Source: a bacterium (lineage in GTDB: Bacteria; Patescibacteriota; CPR2; UBA1875; JAJYID01). Taken from it: a DNA stretch of 64,000 nt. Position 1 is the first letter of the stretch; each line of letters opens with the position of its first letter. Shown piece by piece: positions 59,141 through 64,000 of the stretch. The notes under the pieces were generated by a model. That model was not told where the DNA came from and ran no database searches. It saw only the letters and a program-made list of their open reading frames with translations. Made by a program: the position numbers and the translations under genes. Where the stretch lies: the NCBI GenBank assembly GCA_021790235.1, contig JAJYID010000001.1, positions 43,131 to 107,130 of the forward strand, written 5' to 3'.

Positions 59141-59533
59141 TTATTTTGCGAATTTTAAGTTAAATAAATATTGCCCTTTAACTTTGCTTCTTTTTTCAAC
59201 CTTAATCAATCCTTCAAGTAATCTGATTAAAAGTTCGCCTTGAGCTTTTATCATCTTATAACTAGCTAAAGTTATTCGGTTATACTCTTTAAATAGTCTT
59301 GCATAAAAGAGAACATTTTCACAAAGTTTAATCGCTTTTCTGTAGCAATCTATTCTTTCTTTTTCGTTATAGCATTCATAGCTCACTGATACCAGTGTCA
59401 AGATCTCAGCCGTGTCTTCTCTCATAGCATCCAGAAAATTGCTGTATTTTTTTATTTTTCCAGTTTTTGCTTCTACCAGAGAAAAAAACTCATTTGCTTT
59501 TTTTATGATTTGTACTTCGATATACTCTCTCAT
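59141..59533 (-). CDS. helical hypothetical protein (possible four-helix-bundle family) between lexA and recA
   Basis: 130 aa, predicted all-alpha. Co-directional within a lexA-X-recA-recX string. Confidence 0.35.
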   Translation of the reverse strand: MREYIEVQIIKKANEFFSLVEAKTGKIKKYSNFLDAMREDTAEILTLVSVSYECYNEKERIDCYRKAIKLCENVLFYARLFKEYNRITLASYKMIKAQGELLIRLLEGLIKVEKRSKVKGQYLFNLKFAK

Positions 59534-59549
59534 AGCTTATCTCTTCGCT

Positions 59550-60185
59550 TTACTCTTTAAAATTTTTAATTACCCCAATTACTTTTCCCTGGATCATAAA
59601 GGTGCCTTCTTCCGGAACAAGAGTTTGATGTGTCTTGTTGGTACTCATTGGTTCAAACATGGCTCGCCCTTTGTCAGTTCTCAGCCGTTTAACAGTTGCT
59701 TCTGTTCCGATGAGAACTACTACTTTATCGCCATGCTCGGCATGATTTATCTTTCGAAAGACTATATAATCACCATCATCGATTCCAGATAAGTTCATAG
59801 AATCTCCCTTGGCCGTCAACATGAAAACATCTTGGCTTCTTTTAATAAGTTTGGTTGATAGCGGGATCCAGTCTTCAATCAGCTCTTCTGCGTAAATTGG
59901 CATACCGCAAGCAACATTGCCGACCAGCGGTACATTTACCACATCTTCATTTTCAGCTACTTGTCTTTGGCCATCCAGAAGAACAATCCCCCTAGCTTGG
60001 TTGCCAAGGCGTTTGATCTGCCCTTTTGACTCCAGAGCGCGAAGATGTGAAACGACTCCCATTGGTGATGAACATCCGATTTTTTCCTGAAGTTCGCGGA
60101 CAGTCGGGGCATCGCCGGTTTTTTCAACTGATTCTTTAATCCAGGTTAAGACTTTCTTTTGTCTGTCGGTTAATTCTTTTGCCAT
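59550..60185 (-). CDS. lexA: LexA repressor (S24 peptidase)
   Basis: N-terminal winged-helix domain and the S24 catalytic Ser motif GDSMNLSGIDDGDYIVFRK, with a Lys in VVLIGTEATVKRL. The cleavage-site region reads VGNVACGMPI. Confidence 0.85.
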   Translation of the reverse strand: MAKELTDRQKKVLTWIKESVEKTGDAPTVRELQEKIGCSSPMGVVSHLRALESKGQIKRLGNQARGIVLLDGQRQVAENEDVVNVPLVGNVACGMPIYAEELIEDWIPLSTKLIKRSQDVFMLTAKGDSMNLSGIDDGDYIVFRKINHAEHGDKVVVLIGTEATVKRLRTDKGRAMFEPMSTNKTHQTLVPEEGTFMIQGKVIGVIKNFKE

Positions 60186-60229
60186 TTTTTTCTCTCCTGT
60201 TACTTAATTTAACAGACATCTTAATATTC

Positions 60230-60299
60230 TGTATAGTGTAAGTGTATACTATAAGTTATCCACAGGTCAAGAGTTTTGTATAGTATAAATAAGTATACA
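60230..60299. promoter_or_regulatory. two palindromic operator candidates (TGTATA-N9/11-TATACA-like) in the lexA divergent region; putative SOS boxes
   Basis: 60230-60249 reads TGTATAGTGTAAGTGTATAC. 60277-60299 reads TGTATAGTATAAATAAGTATACA. They share the left half TGTATAGT.TAA.T. They lie 45-115 nt upstream of lexA and upstream of the plus-strand small ORFs. Confidence 0.4.
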
Positions 60300-60499
60300 A
60301 GGGAAATTTTTAATTTATAATTAGCATTAAAAATTAAGAGATTTCTAAACGCAAAATTGCAAAATGTTCATTTTTGTGAGAAGATGCTTGTAATAAAGAG
60401 AAGTGAGGAGGGTGCCATAAGCTCTCCTTTTGTAGCTTGGAAATCTAAAAAATTTATGGGTATAGGATGAAAGGTGATGAGATCTGATGAAAACTGAGG

Positions 60500-60661
60500 C
60501 TGAAACTGAAAGAAAGTGCAAAACCTGCGGAAGCCACGGCGAAAAAAGTGGTGAGTGCCATAACGGTCAGAGTAAATTTTTTCTGACTATAACCAATTCG
60601 GAAGGATCTTGCGAAGAATGGAATCCATGTAAAGGAGGCAATGAGTAAAATGACCGAAACC
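60500..60661 (+). CDS. small Cys-rich protein (about 53 aa, zinc-ribbon-like)
   Basis: Hand translation gives MKTEAETERKCKTCGSHGEKSGECHNGQSKFFLTITNSEGSCEEWNPCKGGNE. AGGTGA ribosome-binding site upstream. Absent from the ORF track because it is under 60 aa. Confidence 0.3.
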
Positions 60662-60829
60662 GGAAAACCTGCTCTGCATTATTTTGTAGACTCAGTAACC
60701 GGAAGGGTTTACAAATTCAATCCCCCAATTGGCGGTATCAAGACTTTAAGCGGCAAACTAATTGAGGTACCAGATAAAGTCGGAACGGTAAAAATCGAGA
60801 ATCGGAATCATATCCTTGAAAGGTGGTGA
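60641..60829 (+). CDS. small hypothetical protein (62 aa)
   Basis: AAAGGAGG ribosome-binding site immediately upstream. Start overlaps the preceding small ORF's stop. Confidence 0.35.
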   Translation: MSKMTETGKPALHYFVDSVTGRVYKFNPPIGGIKTLSGKLIEVPDKVGTVKIENRNHILERW

Positions 60830-61048
60830 GTGATGATGGCAGTGTCATGGGTTATGTTAGCCTATATGAGTCATGCTTGTATCCACATGCAGGGATACAG
60901 CACTAATGTGCACATGGTGAGATAAACTGCACTGACTACACGAAAAATAAGGGCTATTGTCCTGCGCGCTACAGGTACCACATAGAGGACTGATAAATGT
61001 CTCCTTTGTGGTAATGATAAGCATTATAACTATTTAGGGTGGTGAGAA

Positions 61049-61330
61049 ATGAAAGTTTTGGTATTCCAAGTCAGGAAGTTTCTAGTTTGCTCAGATGTTA
61101 GTGGTTGCAAGCAGTATCCCGATTGTCTTACTGAGAAGGGTCTTTGTGACTCGGCAAAGCACGTTAACAAAGTGCAGACCGAACCTTGGGTTGAGGGCTC
61201 TTATCTTAAGGATATTCCTGAAGAATGTTCTGTCTGTGGGTATCCTATCAATCTCAATAATTGGCGCAGTACTAGTGCTGAGTGGAACAGTGCAAATTGC
61301 GGTCGTTGTGGCAATAACTTATTTCAATAA
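61049..61330 (+). CDS. small Cys-rich protein (93 aa; CxxC / CxxC zinc-ribbon-like motifs)
   Basis: GGTGGTGAGAAATG ribosome-binding site. Motifs CSVCG...CGRCG plus additional cysteines. Confidence 0.4.
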   Translation: MKVLVFQVRKFLVCSDVSGCKQYPDCLTEKGLCDSAKHVNKVQTEPWVEGSYLKDIPEECSVCGYPINLNNWRSTSAEWNSANCGRCGNNLFQ

Positions 61331-61575
61331 AAGGTTGCTTCATAAACCACAATCGGGCGGGATGAGAAAAATCACAATTGATTTTGTGAGAGTTCTTGTT
61401 CCGCCTTTTTCTTTTGCTAAAATTAATACCTCAACCTTTATTATTACACAGTCTTGAGGCATTGCTACTGTACTAAACGGGTCTATTAAAGTAGATGATA
61501 TTTTTTCATAAGGAATTCCTCTTTTTCGGTCGGAATGACATGGTTTTGAAACTTCGCTTCTGCTAGAATAAAAGT

Positions 61576-64000
61576 ATGAAGAAGCAGAAATTTGTAGTTT
61601 TTGACGGTAATGCTATCGTCCATCGCGCCTATCATGCTATGCCGCCGATGACGACCAAGAAGGGTGAGCTAATAAATGCTGTTTATGGCTATTCCTCCAT
61701 GGTTTTAAAGGTCTTAGCCGAGTTAAAGCCCGACTTTGTGGCGGTGGCTTTTGATATGCAAGCTCCGACATTTCGCCACAAGGAATACAAGGAATACAAG
61801 GCGACCAGAGTCAAAGCCCCGGATGATTTGTATGAGCAGTTTGAGCGAGTCCGCGAGGTGACAGAGGCGCTCAATATTCCTATTTTTGAGAAAAAAGGTT
61901 TTGAGGCTGATGATGTCATCGGCACTTTGTCGTGCGAGGCACCGAAAGACATAGAAACTATCATTGTGACCGGCGACCTTGATGAGCTGCAACTTGTAAA
62001 CAAAAATACTAAAGTTTACACGATGAAGCGCGGTTTTACCGATACCGTTTTGTATGACGAAAAAGCGGTGGAGGAAAAGTATGGCTTTGGAGCGGATAAA
62101 TTTGTCGATTACAAAGCTCTCCTCGGCGATCCTTCAGACAACATCCCCGGGGTGGCCGGCATTGGTGATGTTTCTGCTAAGAAGCTGATTGCCGAGTATG
62201 GTTCAATCGAAAATATTTACAAAAACCTGGACGAAATCGGAGGTACATTGAAAACAAAGCTCGAGACAGGTAAAGACAACGCTATTTTGTCCAAGAAACT
62301 GTCAAAAATTGTTTGTGATGTGCCGATTCAGCTAAAACTGAAAGAGTGTTGCACCCATGACTTTGATCGCCAGAAAGTATTTGCCATTTTCCAAGAACTG
62401 GGGTTTAAGTCTCTCTTAAACAGATTGCCGAAAGAACAAGTTCAGCAGGGACTTTTTGCCGAGGCAGAAGAAAAGAGAGACAAGATTCACATTGAAAAAG
62501 CCGATTATAGAATTATCACTGACGAAAAAGACTTGGACAAACTGGTCAAAGATTTTGAAAAAGAGAAGTGTATTTCCGTGGACACCGAAACAACTTCTCA
62601 AATTGCCGTTGACGCGCATCTTGTCGGCATATCGCTTGCCAAAAAAGAAGGCGAGGCTTTCTACATTCCGATCGGTCATAGCAAAGTTAAAAGTTCAAAG
62701 TTAAAAGTTCAAGGTGAAGGAAGGGAATTTCTCGACTCGTCCTCTCAGGAAGTCGCTCGGAATGTCGGGAGTGAGTTAGGCTCGCGGCAGCTTGATAAGG
62801 AATTGGTGCTTGAGAAATTAAGGCCTATTTTGGAAAATCCAAAAATTCAAAAAGTTGGGCATAATTTGAAATATGATTACATTGTTTTTGCCGGTGCCGG
62901 CGTGAAACTGCAGGGATTTTTCTTTGACACAATGATTGTGGCTTACCTTTTAAATCAAAATCTGCGATCACCCAAGCTTGATGACGTGGCTTTTGCCGAA
63001 CTTGGTATTGAAATGATTCATATCCGGGAGGTGATCGGCAGCGGCAAAAACGAAATTAACTTTAGAGACGCAGAAATCCAAAATTCTTACAAATACGCCT
63101 GCGAAGATGCCGATGTGGCGCTCAGACTTTACTATCATTTGTGCCAAGAGCTGAGCGAGAAAAATCAAAAGGATTTGTATGAAAAAGTGGAAGCGCCCCT
63201 TATTCCGATTTTGGCCGAGATGGAAATGGCCGGTGTTTTGATCGACCCGAAAGTGATGGGGGAAAGCTCAAATAAACTGGCGACAAGGATTAACAAACTG
63301 GAACATGATATCCATAAACTCGGCGGAAGCAAATTTAACATTAACTCCCCTTCCCAGCTTCAAACGGTTCTCTTTGAAAAGTTAAAGTTGCAGGATAATA
63401 TCGAAGATATAAGGGAACTAAAGAAAATAAAAAGTGGAGGGTTCTCAACCGGAGCCGGGGAGCTGGAAAAGCTGGCCGGGACGCATCCTATTGTCGCCAA
63501 AATTGCTGAATACCGGGAGCTGACAAAGCTAAAGTCAACCTACCTTGATACTTTGCCCAAGCTGATTAATGCTCGTACCGGCCGAATCCACACCTCATTT
63601 AATCAGGCTATCACCGCTACCGGCCGGCTTTCATCGAGTGATCCCAATCTTCAAAACATCCCCATTCGCACATCAGAGGGCAAGGAAATTCGTCGGGCAT
63701 TTGTGTCTCCCAAAGGCAAAAAACTGCTTTGTGTTGACTATTCACAAATAGAGCTTCGTATCATTGCTCACATCTCAGGCGACAAGGTGATGACTGCAAT
63801 ATTCCGTAAGGCCGATCAAGACGTTCACACGGCGACGGCCGCCAAAGTTTACGGGGTTAAAGAAAGCGAAGTAACACCGAGCATGCGCCGGAATGCCAAG
63901 GCGGTCAACTTTGGCATTATCTACGGTGTTTCTCCGCACGGGCTCAAGCAGTCAACCGGTATGAGTCGCGAAGAGGCGCATGACTTCATAGAAAAATACT
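61576..64000 (+). CDS. polA: DNA polymerase I (5'-3' exonuclease + 3'-5' exonuclease + polymerase domains); 3' end beyond window
   Basis: Hand translation from ATG 61576 gives MKKQKFVVFDGNAIVHRAYHAMPP... (5'-nuclease). Exo I motif ISVDTETTS. Polymerase motif A LLCVDYSQIELRIIAH and motif RRNAKAVNFGIIYG. Not in the ORF track because no stop codon falls in the window. Confidence 0.9.
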   Translation, partial: MKKQKFVVFDGNAIVHRAYHAMPPMTTKKGELINAVYGYSSMVLKVLAELKPDFVAVAFDMQAPTFRHKEYKEYKATRVKAPDDLYEQFERVREVTEALNIPIFEKKGFEADDVIGTLSCEAPKDIETIIVTGDLDELQLVNKNTKVYTMKRGFTDTVLYDEKAVEEKYGFGADKFVDYKALLGDPSDNIPGVAGIGDVSAKKLIAEYGSIENIYKNLDEIGGTLKTKLETGKDNAILSKKLSKIVCDVPIQLKLKECCTHDFDRQKVFAIFQELGFKSLLNRLPKEQVQQGLFAEAEEKRDKIHIEKADYRIITDEKDLDKLVKDFEKEKCISVDTETTSQIAVDAHLVGISLAKKEGEAFYIPIGHSKVKSSKLKVQGEGREFLDSSSQEVARNVGSELGSRQLDKELVLEKLRPILENPKIQKVGHNLKYDYIVFAGAGVKLQGFFFDTMIVAYLLNQNLRSPKLDDVAFAELGIEMIHIREVIGSGKNEINFRDAEIQNSYKYACEDADVALRLYYHLCQELSEKNQKDLYEKVEAPLIPILAEMEMAGVLIDPKVMGESSNKLATRINKLEHDIHKLGGSKFNINSPSQLQTVLFEKLKLQDNIEDIRELKKIKSGGFSTGAGELEKLAGTHPIVAKIAEYRELTKLKSTYLDTLPKLINARTGRIHTSFNQAITATGRLSSSDPNLQNIPIRTSEGKEIRRAFVSPKGKKLLCVDYSQIELRIIAHISGDKVMTAIFRKADQDVHTATAAKVYGVKESEVTPSMRRNAKAVNFGIIYGVSPHGLKQSTGMSREEAHDFIEKY

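Overview
This window reads as a low-GC, gene-dense chromosome segment from a small-genome bacterium, most consistent with a Patescibacteria/CPR-like organism. The standard genetic code appears to be in use, because TGA functions as a stop throughout. The window spans the replication-origin neighbourhood: rpmH-rnpA-yidD-yidC-jag on the minus strand, diverging from dnaA-dnaN-recF and a DUF721/DciA-like gene on the plus strand. To its left lies a nucleotide-sugar cluster (galE, rfbB, rfbA, galU, a GtrA-like gene and a partial FAD oxidoreductase). The most unusual region is a ~15 kb co-directional minus-strand cluster (about 11.5-27.0 kb). It encodes a minimal type-IV-secretion-like apparatus: a VirB4 ATPase split into two ORFs, a VirB3/PrgI-like protein, a VirB6/TrbL-like polytopic protein and three tandem VirB2/TrbC-like pilin-domain paralogs. 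Two of those pilins are fused to large cysteine-rich ectodomains, and a fourth paralog sits inside a tRNA cluster. The cluster also carries two large secreted cell-wall hydrolases (Amidase_2 plus GH73, and a VirB1-like C39/CHAP-like protein), PEGA-like anchors and coiled-coil proteins. It has no VirD4, VirB11 or relaxase, and a promoter region with direct repeats lies upstream. The rest of the window contains comFC and a PilB/GspE ATPase, hsp20, and a cluster of all four tRNA-Ser isoacceptors plus a tRNA-Arg(GCG). Further on are a CdaA-YbbR fusion, a T-box-regulated and C-terminally short valS, a B12-radical SAM enzyme, tsaD, femAB-murE-pmm, trpS, CIRCE-groES-groEL, pgi and dnaG-rpoD. The window ends with an SOS module (lexA-hyp-recA-recX) whose palindromic operator candidates face small Cys-rich ORFs and polA, which runs off the window edge.
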